Of a stretch of 64,000 nucleotides of DNA, positions 51,019 through 59,898 are shown one piece after another. Location: IMG/VR virus record IMGVR_UViG_3300037474_000073. One strand, written 5' to 3'. The first letter of the stretch is position 1. Every line of letters begins with the position of its first letter. A model generated the notes under the pieces. The model was not told where the DNA came from. It was given only the letters and a program-made list of their open reading frames with translations, and ran no database searches. The translations under genes and the position numbers were made by a program. The stretch comes from a virus.

Positions 51019-52694
51019 TCCTTTTCTCCACTCTCTCGGTTTTTCTCGCACTCGGCGACGCCGAGCATGACCCATTCGAAGACCGGCACGGCGATCGAGT
51101 TGCCGAGCTGCCGGTACCGCGCCGAGTCGGCCTGCGGTTTGCCGTTGCTGGTCGCCGTCCACCCGTCCGGATATCCCTGCAACCGTTCGCACTCCACCGG
51201 CGTCAGCCGCCGGACCGCCGAGGGCGAAGCGATCGCCCCGCCACTGGTGTTGTGTCCCGAGCGCACCGTGTTCGCCAGTTCGCGTGCTCGCGGTCCGACC
51301 CCATCGGTGTGCCCGAACGCGACCGGCTGGACGATCCGCAGTCCATGGTCGCCCCGCTCGCCCTCCTCGGCGGTGATGGTCGGCGCGGTGTCTGTCGGCG
51401 TGACGGTGATCCCGTCCTGGTTGCCGAGTGCCCGCTCCTTGTCGACGATGAAGTTCGTGTTGTGCCCCTGCCCGACCCCGCCGAGGTCGGCGCGCAGCGC
51501 GTACGCGATGAACGCCTCCTCGTCGGGGTGGTTGCGCTGAACGTGGGACATGAGCGCGGGTGAATTATCTCCGATCACCAGATTTGCCGAATCGCCCGCG
51601 TCGTATCGGTCCGCGCCCTTTCCTGCAGTCAAGGAATATGCAACCTCGGGTGCGATCGCGATGGCATGCGCGCCAGTCGTGTCCAGAGTGAACATCGCTC
51701 CGTCGTCATCGCCGTAGCCCGGTCCCGCTGGTCCAGCCGTGTCGCTACGCCCGATGATCGTGTTCTGCATGGGAAAGACGTGGTTCGCGAGTACGTCGGA
51801 AGCATCAACACCCGCCCGTCCGCCACCCATCCATGAGGTGAGCGCGCCGGCAAGGATCTGCCCGCCGGCCGCCGACTCGGCGTCGTACGGGGTACGGGCG
51901 TTGGTCTCGGACAGCGGCGAGATCACTTCTCCCGGTCCGCCAGCGAGCGCAACGCTGCGTGCAAGGACGCGGGCAGTTCGCGCTCGCGCCGCTTCGCCCG
52001 CCGCAGGATCCCCGTCGCGGCCTTGGGGCTCAAGCAGTACCTGAGCAGGTGCGGCCCAGTCTCGAGAATTCGCGACAATGACGACGCGGCGGCGCCGCTG
52101 GGGGACTCCGAAGTGCTGAGCGTCCAGCACTCGGTAGGCGTACCCATACCCGCGGTCTGCCAGTTCCCCGAGGACGGCACCCATTGCACCCCCGTGGATC
52201 TCGACGCACCGGCCGGGGCCACAGGCTCCTCCCCGAACAGAGTGAGGATCGGTGCAACCGTTTCCGCAGGCTCCGTTGCCTGGGCAGGGGCAGACCGACG
52301 ACAGGAGACCAGGGACGTTTTCCAGGACGACCCACCGACACCGAACACCGGTGAGCTCGAGAATCTCGTCGAGGATCCGCACGATCTCGAAATAGAGTCC
52401 CGAACGTGCGCCGTCCAGGCCCATGCGACGTCCCGCCAGGCTGAGATCCTGGCATGGGAAACCGGCTGTGATGATTCCGTTTCGGGGATCAAACCCGGCT
52501 GCGAGTAGGTCGGCACCGGTCACCTTCCTGATGTCGTCGAACATGGTCATGTCGGGGAAGTGATCGGCTGCCACGCCGGCCGCCGCCTTGTCGATCTCAA
52601 CGGCTGCCACGGTGCGGAACCCGACCCGTGCCAGTGCCAGCGGGAACCCGCTGATCCCGTCGAACATCGAGACGGCGGTCAGTTGGCTGTCCAT
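51015..52694 (-). CDS. DNA (cytosine-5)-methyltransferase
   Basis: Motif I FDGISGF, motif IV GFPCQDLS, motif VI ENVPGLL, motif X QLGNSIAVPV. Very long variable region (559 aa in total). Confidence 0.95.
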   Translation of the reverse strand: MDSQLTAVSMFDGISGFPLALARVGFRTVAAVEIDKAAAGVAADHFPDMTMFDDIRKVTGADLLAAGFDPRNGIITAGFPCQDLSLAGRRMGLDGARSGLYFEIVRILDEILELTGVRCRWVVLENVPGLLSSVCPCPGNGACGNGCTDPHSVRGGACGPGRCVEIHGGAMGAVLGELADRGYGYAYRVLDAQHFGVPQRRRRVVIVANSRDWAAPAQVLLEPQGRDGDPAAGEAARARTARVLARSVALAGGPGEVISPLSETNARTPYDAESAAGGQILAGALTSWMGGGRAGVDASDVLANHVFPMQNTIIGRSDTAGPAGPGYGDDDGAMFTLDTTGAHAIAIAPEVAYSLTAGKGADRYDAGDSANLVIGDNSPALMSHVQRNHPDEEAFIAYALRADLGGVGQGHNTNFIVDKERALGNQDGITVTPTDTAPTITAEEGERGDHGLRIVQPVAFGHTDGVGPRARELANTVRSGHNTSGGAIASPSAVRRLTPVECERLQGYPDGWTATSNGKPQADSARYRQLGNSIAVPVFEWVMLGVAECEKNRESGEKE

Positions 52695-54301
52695 CAGAAC
52701 TCCAACACGGGCTGGATGCCCTTGCTGAGCCGCTTGACGATCAGCGGCAGGTGTCCGGGGTCAAGCTCGATCAGCGTGACGCGGAACCCCTCGACGATGC
52801 ACGCTTCGCCGGTCGTTCCGGATCCGGCGAACGGGTCGAGCACCATCCCGCCGGGCGGCGTGACCAGCTTGACCAGCCACCGCATCAGGTCGACGGGCTT
52901 CACGGTCGGGTGCGCGACGACGCCCTCGGATCCATCGCGCGCGATCCACTGCGGCTCGGGGCACACGCACGGCGACCCGGATACGTCGGTCCACCCGCAC
53001 AGAGCGCACCGGTTTCCGGTCACACCCGCACTCGCGCCGCGCCCGATCCGCGGCCGCTCCGACGCGGGCGCCTTGGCCTCATACCGGAACGTCGGGAAGA
53101 ACCGTGATGCCCCGCCGCTGTCGTACTTGATGGCGATTCCGTCGTTAGTCCCAGCTGCGCCTTCGCCAAACCCGATCCCGCTTCGCCGAGCCGGTCGGAT
53201 CCCGCCCTCGATGTATCCGCTCTGCGCGTCCAGCTCGGCGATCGGGCATCCCGGCACACACCTGTCGGCGCACAGATCCTCGCCGTCCGGCGTCGCCGCG
53301 TGCGACAGCACGACGTTGCTCGGCCACCGACCGAGACCGGCGACCGGCACCGACGAGCGGCCGTTCAGCCCGTGACCGTAGGCGGACACCGACTCGGGTG
53401 CATGGCTATCGAATCCAGGATCGCGCGTGCCGCCGGTGTTCCCGACCCGGCACCCGTCGATGTTGAGCGCGCCCGTGCCGTACGCCTGCACGTTGCCGGC
53501 GACGGTGCCCGCCAGCGGCTTGCGCGCAACGACGATCGGTTCCGACGCCGGTTTGAGCGCGGTACCCCAGCCGGCCCACCGCTTTGCGGCGTCGGTGGCG
53601 GGGGCGGTTACGTCGAGGTAGCCGTTCGCTGCGCCGTTAGTCATCGTCGGAAGCATCCGGCCTGTAGTTGCCGTGTTTGCGTAACCCGGCTGCCCTAGCT
53701 TCGTGTCGACCACCTCACGCGTTGCGCCCGCCGCCTTGTCGATGGCCTTGCTGACGTCCAGCGACTTCGGGAAGCCCGAGCCGTACATCCAAGTGATCGT
53801 GTCGCGGATCTCGAACCCGGCATCCTCGATCCCACAGGTCAGCCGATGCCAGGTACGGGTACCGCCGAAGGCGAGCAGGTGCCCGCCAGGCTTGAGAACA
53901 CGCCAGCATTCACGTGCCCAGTCCTCGGTCCATGCTTGAAAGGCGCGGAGTCGGGGGCCGCGCTCATCAGTGAAATCGGGATTCGCGCATCGGCACGGCG
54001 ACCCGCCGCGCTGCGAGTGACCACAGGACTTGCATCGAGGGTTCACTCCGCCAAGGAAGGTGGGAGCCTCGATTCGGCGCGCTCCATCGGAATAGCCAGC
54101 GGCGCTCATCCCCGCTGTTGCGTTAGATCTAGCTTCGCCGCGCCCGAATGTGTCCCACTCGCGACCCATGAACTCGAGCCCATATGGAGGGTCACACACA
54201 ACGGCGTCGATGGAAGCCTCAGCCATAGCACGCAGGACCTCGAGCGAGTCTCCGTGGAACAGCAGCATGTTGTCGCCGTCACGCCAGTACGGCTCAGTCA
54301 T
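52694..54301 (-). CDS. DNA amino-methyltransferase (N6-adenine or N4-cytosine, beta-class order)
   Basis: DPPY near the N-terminus and DPFAGSGTT near the C-terminus. 535 aa with Cys-rich insertions. Confidence 0.9.
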   Translation of the reverse strand: MTEPYWRDGDNMLLFHGDSLEVLRAMAEASIDAVVCDPPYGLEFMGREWDTFGRGEARSNATAGMSAAGYSDGARRIEAPTFLGGVNPRCKSCGHSQRGGSPCRCANPDFTDERGPRLRAFQAWTEDWARECWRVLKPGGHLLAFGGTRTWHRLTCGIEDAGFEIRDTITWMYGSGFPKSLDVSKAIDKAAGATREVVDTKLGQPGYANTATTGRMLPTMTNGAANGYLDVTAPATDAAKRWAGWGTALKPASEPIVVARKPLAGTVAGNVQAYGTGALNIDGCRVGNTGGTRDPGFDSHAPESVSAYGHGLNGRSSVPVAGLGRWPSNVVLSHAATPDGEDLCADRCVPGCPIAELDAQSGYIEGGIRPARRSGIGFGEGAAGTNDGIAIKYDSGGASRFFPTFRYEAKAPASERPRIGRGASAGVTGNRCALCGWTDVSGSPCVCPEPQWIARDGSEGVVAHPTVKPVDLMRWLVKLVTPPGGMVLDPFAGSGTTGEACIVEGFRVTLIELDPGHLPLIVKRLSKGIQPVLEF

Positions 54302-54756
54302 GACTCGACCCGCATCAGCCGCTCGGCGATCTCGTGCTGCAAGAACGTCTTGAAGTCGGGATAGACCTCGATGTCAGGGTGACAGTGGAACACGTGCTCG
54401 CGCGGTCCGACGACGATCAGGCGCATCGGGGCGTCACTGAGCGAAGCCCGGAAATCAGCGTGCATCAAGGCGACGCCGTGCTCGACGTGTCGACCGCCAC
54501 GACCGCCCTGCCCGGTGAACGACACGATCGCGTCTGCGGTACCGAGGTCGGAGATGTCCCGAGCGCCGTGCGCCCAGACCTCGGCGGGATGCGCCGCGAT
54601 GTAGTCGGACGTAAAGCTGTTGTCGAGTCCGGGTGTGACCTCGCGGTGCCAGGACGACACGACCTCACCGCAGCCCGCCGCCTCGAGTACGTCGGCGTTC
54701 TGCGTCATCTCGGCGTGGCGCAGGTATGCGCTCGCGAAGTAGTAGCGGTTGCGCAT
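54298..54756 (-). CDS. nucleoside 2-deoxyribosyltransferase / DNPH1-like protein (putative)
   Basis: Trimmed to the ATG that overlaps the upstream stop (TGATG). RYYFASAY ... GGRGGRHVEHGVAL resembles the family's Rossmann-like core. Weak call. Confidence 0.4.
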   Translation of the reverse strand: MRNRYYFASAYLRHAEMTQNADVLEAAGCGEVVSSWHREVTPGLDNSFTSDYIAAHPAEVWAHGARDISDLGTADAIVSFTGQGGRGGRHVEHGVALMHADFRASLSDAPMRLIVVGPREHVFHCHPDIEVYPDFKTFLQHEIAERLMRVES

Positions 54757-54950
54757 CACGCGGCCGTCTCGACCGGCAGGCTGAGCCGCTCGCTGGTCTG
54801 CTCGTCGGTCTCTTCGAGCAGGAGGTCGAGCATCGCGGTCAGGTACGTCGACCGGTCGATGCCGAGCCGGTCGCACTTCTCGGCCGCCTTCTGCCAGCGG
54901 TCGGTGGGATAGCGCCAGTTCTGTTTGGGCGTGCCCCTGGTCGTAGCCAT
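54756..54950 (-). CDS. ribbon-helix-helix (CopG/Arc-like) DNA-binding protein
   Basis: Trimmed to the ATG after GAGAGAGGTGACCAC. 64 aa. WRYPTDRWQKAAEKCDRLGIDRSTYLTAMLDLLL fits a strand-helix-helix pattern. Confidence 0.5.
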   Translation of the reverse strand: MATTRGTPKQNWRYPTDRWQKAAEKCDRLGIDRSTYLTAMLDLLLEETDEQTSERLSLPVETAA

Positions 54951-54973
54951 GTGGTCACCTCTCTCATGCAATG

Positions 54974-55007
54974 GATGTACCCCCACTATAGCGCGCTGTA
55001 CCCCCAC
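54974..55007 (-). promoter_or_regulatory. tandem GTGGGGGTACA boxes upstream of the RHH gene
   Basis: Minus strand: GTGGGGGTACAGC (54995-55007) and GTGGGGGTACATC (54974-54986), 21 bp apart. No GCAAG-N3-CTTGC palindrome nearby. Confidence 0.5.
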
Positions 55008-55014
55008 ACGACAA

Positions 55015-55043
55015 CAGCCCCCGACCGTGAAGATCGGGGGCTG
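55015..55043 (-). terminator. stem-loop terminating the 59440-55057 operon
   Basis: CAGCCCCCGA-9 nt-TCGGGGGCTG, followed by TTGT on the minus strand. Confidence 0.6.
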
Positions 55044-55056
55044 TCGTGCGAATTGG

Positions 55057-55341
55057 TCAGGCGGTGCGGGCGTCGCGCTCAGGGTCGCGTGGGTCGTACT
55101 GCGTACAGCGCCGGTTCAGCGAGTTCTCGCCCCACTCGGCCGGCGTCTGCTCACTGATCAGGGCGAGGTCGGCGAGCGGGCAGTAGACTTCGGCCTCCTC
55201 GTCCGCGTGCCGACAGGTCCCGCACCAGCGTGCCGACCACATGTCCCACTCGGTGCCGTTACTGAACGCCCGACCGTCCAGCGACGCAGCCTCGAGCCGA
55301 TCGAGATCGACGATCAGCGGAACCGTACCGCGGTCAGACAT
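55057..55341 (-). CDS. hypothetical Cys-containing protein (94 aa)
   Basis: Contains WCGTCRH...C. Confidence 0.55.
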   Translation of the reverse strand: MSDRGTVPLIVDLDRLEAASLDGRAFSNGTEWDMWSARWCGTCRHADEEAEVYCPLADLALISEQTPAEWGENSLNRRCTQYDPRDPERDARTA

Positions 55342-55744
55342 CGGTGTGCCCGTCCGCGTCGGCGAGCCGACCGTGGGCGTCGTGCAGCTCCATCTCCAAT
55401 CGCATCACCTGCGCCGAGAGTTCCTCAATCTCGGTGCGCTGCTCGGCGAGCACGATGATCGCGGTCAGCGCCAGTGTGTCCAGGTAGCTCCGAGCGGTCA
55501 GCCTGCGCATCTGGATCAGGTCCATCACGTCCCGGCCGGGACACAGCGGCTCAGCTGTGCATCCGGTCTTGACGTGCTCGCCGGCGAGCCTGCCGAACAC
55601 CAGCAGATCATCGCGGTTGCCTCGATCGATCAGCTCGCGCCCCTCGCGGCTCTGTACGTCCCGTTGCCGATTCTTCAGGTAGGCGTCCACGTAGGCGCGC
55701 GTGATCTTCTCGGCGGTCTCGTCGTCCGGTCCCGGCATGGTCAT
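55334..55744 (-). CDS. hypothetical protein (136 aa), C-terminal coiled coil
   Basis: Trimmed to the ATG after GAGGAGACG. Confidence 0.55.
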   Translation of the reverse strand: MTMPGPDDETAEKITRAYVDAYLKNRQRDVQSREGRELIDRGNRDDLLVFGRLAGEHVKTGCTAEPLCPGRDVMDLIQMRRLTARSYLDTLALTAIIVLAEQRTEIEELSAQVMRLEMELHDAHGRLADADGHTDV

Positions 55745-55848
55745 CGTCTCCTCGGTTCTCGTCGTATCGGGTGCTCGAAGGTGACCACCGCCGCGACCAC
55801 GCCCGCGCCGAGCAGCGCGAGCGCGGCGATGGACCACCAGCCGTTCAT
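55741..55848 (-). CDS. micro-ORF, 35-aa single-TM peptide
   Basis: MNGWWSIAALALLGAGVVAAVVTFEHPIRREPRRR. ATGA overlaps at both ends. Confidence 0.4.
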   Translation of the reverse strand: MNGWWSIAALALLGAGVVAAVVTFEHPIRREPRRR

Positions 55849-56636
55849 GCCTTCGGTGCCGCTGCGGCCTGGCGCTCGCGACCGATGCGGGTGAGCAGGT
55901 CGATCAGCTTGATCTCCTCGCCGGTCACCGTGGTCACGACGGTCTCGGCGATGTCCGGGTGCGCGGTCAGCTCGCGCCGGATGCGGATCAGCCGGTCCAG
56001 GCTGGTGCGCTCGCGCACGATCTCGTCGGCGTACTCCTCTGCCGTCGGCGCGGCCGGCGTCGCGATCTCGTGCTGAGTGCCGTACTCGGGGTCCATCTGC
56101 GGCTGATTCGTTGGGATGGCTAGCGAGTTGATGTAAAGCGTTCGCAGTGCAACGCTCATCGCCTTGACTGTGGACTTGTCACCCGAGTCGAACGCCTCGC
56201 CCACGCTGACCATCGGGAAGCTGTCACCCTTCGGTCCGTAGACGACGTACTGCACGCGGGCGACGCAGAGCCGCATCGCCGACCCGCCGCTGGTCCTGAT
56301 GGCCTCGTACGTCGTATCGGCGCCGGTCTGCACGACCGTGACCGCGTGCTTGCGCAGCGCCGGTCCGACCGCGTTGAGTACCGCGTCGATACCGCGGAAG
56401 TCGTACGTTCCGCCCGCGCCGGTCTTGCGCCCGTTCTTCCCGATGAACTGAACCTCGGCCATCACCCGCGACCAGGCCACGAACACCGACACGTCCATGT
56501 CGGCGGGGATCCCCGACGTGTCGACGTCGGCCGGCACCGTAATCGGCGCTGTCCCGTCGGTGATGTTCTGAACGTCCTTCACGTATTCCTCGGTGACCGT
56601 CATCGCCTGCGCGGCTCGCGCACGGAGGTCTGTCAT
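55845..56636 (-). CDS. ERF-family single-strand annealing protein
   Basis: YDFRGIDAVLNAVGPALRKHAV ... GEAFDSGDKSTVKAMSVALRTLYINSLAIPT matches the ERF pattern. Confidence 0.75.
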   Translation of the reverse strand: MTDLRARAAQAMTVTEEYVKDVQNITDGTAPITVPADVDTSGIPADMDVSVFVAWSRVMAEVQFIGKNGRKTGAGGTYDFRGIDAVLNAVGPALRKHAVTVVQTGADTTYEAIRTSGGSAMRLCVARVQYVVYGPKGDSFPMVSVGEAFDSGDKSTVKAMSVALRTLYINSLAIPTNQPQMDPEYGTQHEIATPAAPTAEEYADEIVRERTSLDRLIRIRRELTAHPDIAETVVTTVTGEEIKLIDLLTRIGRERQAAAAPKA

Positions 56637-56654
56637 GATTCCTTCTCTCTCGGA

Positions 56655-57497
56655 TCAGATGAACGGGCGGAACGGGTAGGCGCCGGACACGGTCGCTGGG
56701 TCGCCCTTGTCGGGGTTGCGGGTGAAGTGCTCGCGCAGACTTTCGGCCTGCTCGGCGGCGACTTTGGTCAGCCGTAGGTGCAGGTTATGCGCGTCCAGCT
56801 CGCGCAGGGCGTAGAACGCGCGCACGACCTCCTCGGGCTTGTGACGCTTGCGGTAGCGCTCGAACAGCGTGGCCGACGGCTCGTCGCACCGCTGGGCGAT
56901 CCGCCACGCGATCCGCAGCGCCGCGAGTACGTCGGCGCCCGCGTCGTGCGCACCGGCGTCGCCGAGCTTCACCCCGTAGTGCGCTGCGGTGACCTCGAGC
57001 TTGCGCTTACCGGGCCGGAACCTGTCGACCATCTTGTCGAGCACGAGCGTGTCGATCACGGGGAACGTCGCGACCGTGCGCCCATCCTCACGCAGGTTGA
57101 CCAGACCGATCAGCGAGAACTCGCTCTGTTCGAGCCCGAGCGATCCGATCCCGAGCCGCCTCATCTCCCGGTCGAGCACGGTCAGGTCGTAGTTGCCGAC
57201 GTTGTGCCCGATCACGGGCGCGTCGATCGACGCTCCGGTGAGCAGCGAAACGATCAGCTTGACGCCGGTCTCCCGGCTGATCCCCTCGGCGCGCGCCCGC
57301 TCGGTGCTGATCCCGTGGATCGCGGCCGCCTCCTCGGGGATGTCCCGTTCGGGTTGCAGCATGACGTCCACCGGCGCGCACTCCTTCCCTCGGATCGTGG
57401 TCACGTTCGCCGAGATGATCCGCGCGTTCTCGGGGTCCTTGTCGTCACTCTCGAAATCCAGCCCCACCGCACTACCGGTCCACCATTTAGCCGTCAT
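56655..57497 (-). CDS. DnaQ-like 3'-5' exonuclease (DEDDh)
   Basis: Exo I GLDFES, Exo II GHNVGNYDL, Exo III AHDAGADV. Confidence 0.85.
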   Translation of the reverse strand: MTAKWWTGSAVGLDFESDDKDPENARIISANVTTIRGKECAPVDVMLQPERDIPEEAAAIHGISTERARAEGISRETGVKLIVSLLTGASIDAPVIGHNVGNYDLTVLDREMRRLGIGSLGLEQSEFSLIGLVNLREDGRTVATFPVIDTLVLDKMVDRFRPGKRKLEVTAAHYGVKLGDAGAHDAGADVLAALRIAWRIAQRCDEPSATLFERYRKRHKPEEVVRAFYALRELDAHNLHLRLTKVAAEQAESLREHFTRNPDKGDPATVSGAYPFRPFI

Positions 57498-57934
57498 CGG
57501 GCTTGCCGCCTCTCTCGCCTCAGGTCTGCGTCACGCTTACATATCCGGCATCTGGTAGGGACCTGTCGATCTACTCCATGACGGCATTTCGTCTTGTCGC
57601 GACGGTACGGCCGTCGATTCTCGGCCTGCTCCTCGCTGGTCGCCCAGCGACAGTTCTCGGGCGAGTAGCCCGCGTCGTTGTCGCGACGATCCAGACTGCG
57701 CCCCTCTGGTCGCTCGCCCATGTCGGCGTAGAAATTGGCGAACTCGCGCCAGCGTTCGCAGACCGTGATTCCCCGTCCGCCGTAGTCGGCATAGCGAGCG
57801 TGCTTCGGTCGGGTGCATCGATAGACCATGTCGCACCAGATGTAATAGATCTTGGTGCCACACATCCCGTGCGTGCTCACACCCTCATGACCACCGCTGC
57901 GAATTCGGATCCCGCCACTGACGATCGCGGTCAT
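57494..57934 (-). CDS. HNH/AP2-like DNA-binding (homing-endonuclease-like) protein
   Basis: Trimmed from the off-frame track ORF (start 58708). ATGA overlap. IYYIWCDMVYRCTRPKHARYADYGGRGITVCERW...DRRDNDAGYSPENCRWAT. Confidence 0.55.
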   Translation of the reverse strand: MTAIVSGGIRIRSGGHEGVSTHGMCGTKIYYIWCDMVYRCTRPKHARYADYGGRGITVCERWREFANFYADMGERPEGRSLDRRDNDAGYSPENCRWATSEEQAENRRPYRRDKTKCRHGVDRQVPTRCRICKRDADLRRERRQAR

Positions 57935-58977
57935 GACTCCTTCTTTCGCGGCGGCACCTTGTACGCCTTGTCGATGTAGATCGTGTGACCCGTGCGCTGC
58001 TCGACGACCTCGGGGTCGGCGTACGCGTCGGGGTACCTCTCGCGCAGCTTGTCGAGGTCGACGTGCGTGCGCGAGGTCGGAACGTAGCGGTAGGCGGGAT
58101 TGTCGGAGAACAGCACGAGCTGCCGGCCGGCAGCGAGTTGCGCGAGCCGCGCCCGCGCCTCCTCCAATTCCTTCTTGGCGTCGCCGGCCGCGCGCGACTT
58201 GAGCGCGTAGTCCATCACGTCGCCGATGTCGTCGATGCCGATCTCGCCGACCCGATCCGGATACATGATCGCGTCCATCTCGAGCAGCTTGGCGGCCTTG
58301 CCGGCGACGTCCCAGGCGGGCTCGCGACGCGGGATCAGGTGCTGGGCCCGGAACTTGTCGACCTCGCCGACGATGAACGCCATGAGGTCGGCCTCGCGGT
58401 CGGCGTAGACGATCCCCTGCTTCATCACGTTCCCGCCGATCAGGCAGGCATAGTGCGCGTGGGCGTATCCGGTGACGTAGAGCTGGTGGAGGATCTGCGC
58501 GAGGATCCGGTCGGGGATGTCGGCGTGCCAGCGTGACGCTGAGGCGAACCCGACGTTCTTGACCTCGAGCAGGCACTCGCCCTCGGCGGTGTCCTTGTAG
58601 ACGGGGCATTCCCGAACCCGCCGGTCGATCGTGGACTGGTGCCACGGCGCCGCCGCGTGCGACACGAGCCCGATCTCGTCGATGACCGTCCGGTTGCGGC
58701 GGCACCACTCGGATGCGATCGGGTCTTCGAGTAGGTGCCCCCAGGTCATCGCCTCGTTCTGTGGCGTCTGGTATCCCTCGACCTTCGCCTTGTAGACGTG
58801 GACCGGCGTGTCGACCCCATCCAGATCCAGGATGGACGGCACGTCGGACGACCCGATGCAGAACAGGCCGGGCACGGTCGGACGCATCCGCCGAGCCTGA
58901 AGCCAGTCGGCACGCGCCGCCGCAGCGGGCAGCACGAGCCGCCCGCGCGGCGTGATCATTTCCCCGATCTCAGTCAT
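57931..58977 (-). CDS. YqaJ-like (lambda Exo-type) recombination exonuclease
   Basis: IGSSDVPSIL ... WGHLLEDPI ... LLEVKNV ... ILHQLYVTG fits the PD-(D/E)XK YqaJ pattern. Confidence 0.8.
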   Translation of the reverse strand: MTEIGEMITPRGRLVLPAAAARADWLQARRMRPTVPGLFCIGSSDVPSILDLDGVDTPVHVYKAKVEGYQTPQNEAMTWGHLLEDPIASEWCRRNRTVIDEIGLVSHAAAPWHQSTIDRRVRECPVYKDTAEGECLLEVKNVGFASASRWHADIPDRILAQILHQLYVTGYAHAHYACLIGGNVMKQGIVYADREADLMAFIVGEVDKFRAQHLIPRREPAWDVAGKAAKLLEMDAIMYPDRVGEIGIDDIGDVMDYALKSRAAGDAKKELEEARARLAQLAAGRQLVLFSDNPAYRYVPTSRTHVDLDKLRERYPDAYADPEVVEQRTGHTIYIDKAYKVPPRKKES

Positions 58978-59075
58978 CGTCTCTCACTCTCGGGTCGGCG
59001 ACCCATCCGGATCGGCTGCCGCACCACGCAGGCGAGCAGCCGGATCCAGAACGGGTCGGAATCGTAGGCGATCAT
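58974..59075 (-). CDS. micro-ORF (33 aa)
   Basis: MIAYDSDPFWIRLLACVVRQPIRMGRRPESERR. TGATG overlap upstream and ATGA overlap downstream. Confidence 0.3.
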   Translation of the reverse strand: MIAYDSDPFWIRLLACVVRQPIRMGRRPESERR

Positions 59076-59440
59076 CAGAACGGGCAGGGGCGGTCGGTCG
59101 GGTCCACGATCTCCCACGGTTCGGCGACGCGCGGGATCAGGTGGATCGCGGCGGGGTCGGCGATCTTCCAGCCGACTCCCTCGAACGTCGCGATGCGAGC
59201 CGCCATGAACACGGAGGGGTCGGTGCCGCGCGGGATGGGGAACTCGAGGGTCGTGCCGACGAACTCGCCGCCCTCGCGCATCTGCACTCGCGGGTAGGCG
59301 GCGATGACCCAGTGCTCGGCGTCGTACCGCGAGAAGGTCACGGTCTCGTACACCTCGCCCATCGGGCGGAACATCGTCACCTGGTCGTCGGGGGTCATGA
59401 CCTCGGCCTCGTTATCCCAGCCGATCATGTTCTCGCTCAT
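59075..59440 (-). CDS. hypothetical protein (121 aa), first gene of the early operon
   Basis: ATG after ACGAGAGAGAAACCGAGG. 36 nt separate the -10 (end 59477) from the ATG. Confidence 0.6.
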   Translation of the reverse strand: MSENMIGWDNEAEVMTPDDQVTMFRPMGEVYETVTFSRYDAEHWVIAAYPRVQMREGGEFVGTTLEFPIPRGTDPSVFMAARIATFEGVGWKIADPAAIHLIPRVAEPWEIVDPTDRPCPF

Positions 59441-59476
59441 GCTGACCTCGGTTTCTCTCTCGTTGTGCTGAGGTCA

Positions 59477-59553
59477 ACTGTACCCCCACGGGGCCTCACG
59501 TGCAAGCGGCTTGTGACAAGCTACTTGCACAATCGGGTCGGCGAGTGCATGCT
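59477..59553. promoter_or_regulatory. divergent promoter/operator region
   Basis: Leftward: GTGGGGGTACAGT (59477-59489 on plus) with -35 TTGCAC (59500-59505) at 17 bp. Two palindromes: GCAAGCGGCTTG 59502-59513 and ACAAGCTACTTGC 59516-59528. Rightward: -35 TTGCAC 59525-59530, 17 bp, -10 CATGCT 59548-59553. Confidence 0.6.
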
Positions 59554-59559
59554 GAGGAC

Positions 59560-59898
59560 ATGACAGACATCCGGATCCAGACGACCGGGCGCGACACGCT
59601 CGTGACCGGCGCCCACCGCGGTACGACGCTGATGCGACTGCTCTCCCGCGCCCTCGGCGACGCCGGTCCGCTGGACCGGTTCATCGCCAGTCGGCGTGTG
59701 CCGGGCGACCGCTGGCACCGCTGGTCGGACATCGCCGACGACATCGCGACCGCGACCGGTGAACGCTTCAGCGGTGAGTCGGTCCGCCAGTGGGCGGTAA
59801 CGCTCGGCATCCCGCAGGACACCGGTAAGAACGACGGCGCGATCGCGCGCGGTGCGTTCCTCGACGCGATCAGCAAGCAGGGCATTCCGTACGTCTGA
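59560..59898 (+). CDS. helix-turn-helix regulator candidate (112 aa), leaderless
   Basis: Trimmed to ATG 59560, 6 nt after the -10. HTH-like WSDIADDIATATGERFSGESVRQWAVTLGI. Confidence 0.55.
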   Translation: MTDIRIQTTGRDTLVTGAHRGTTLMRLLSRALGDAGPLDRFIASRRVPGDRWHRWSDIADDIATATGERFSGESVRQWAVTLGIPQDTGKNDGAIARGAFLDAISKQGIPYV

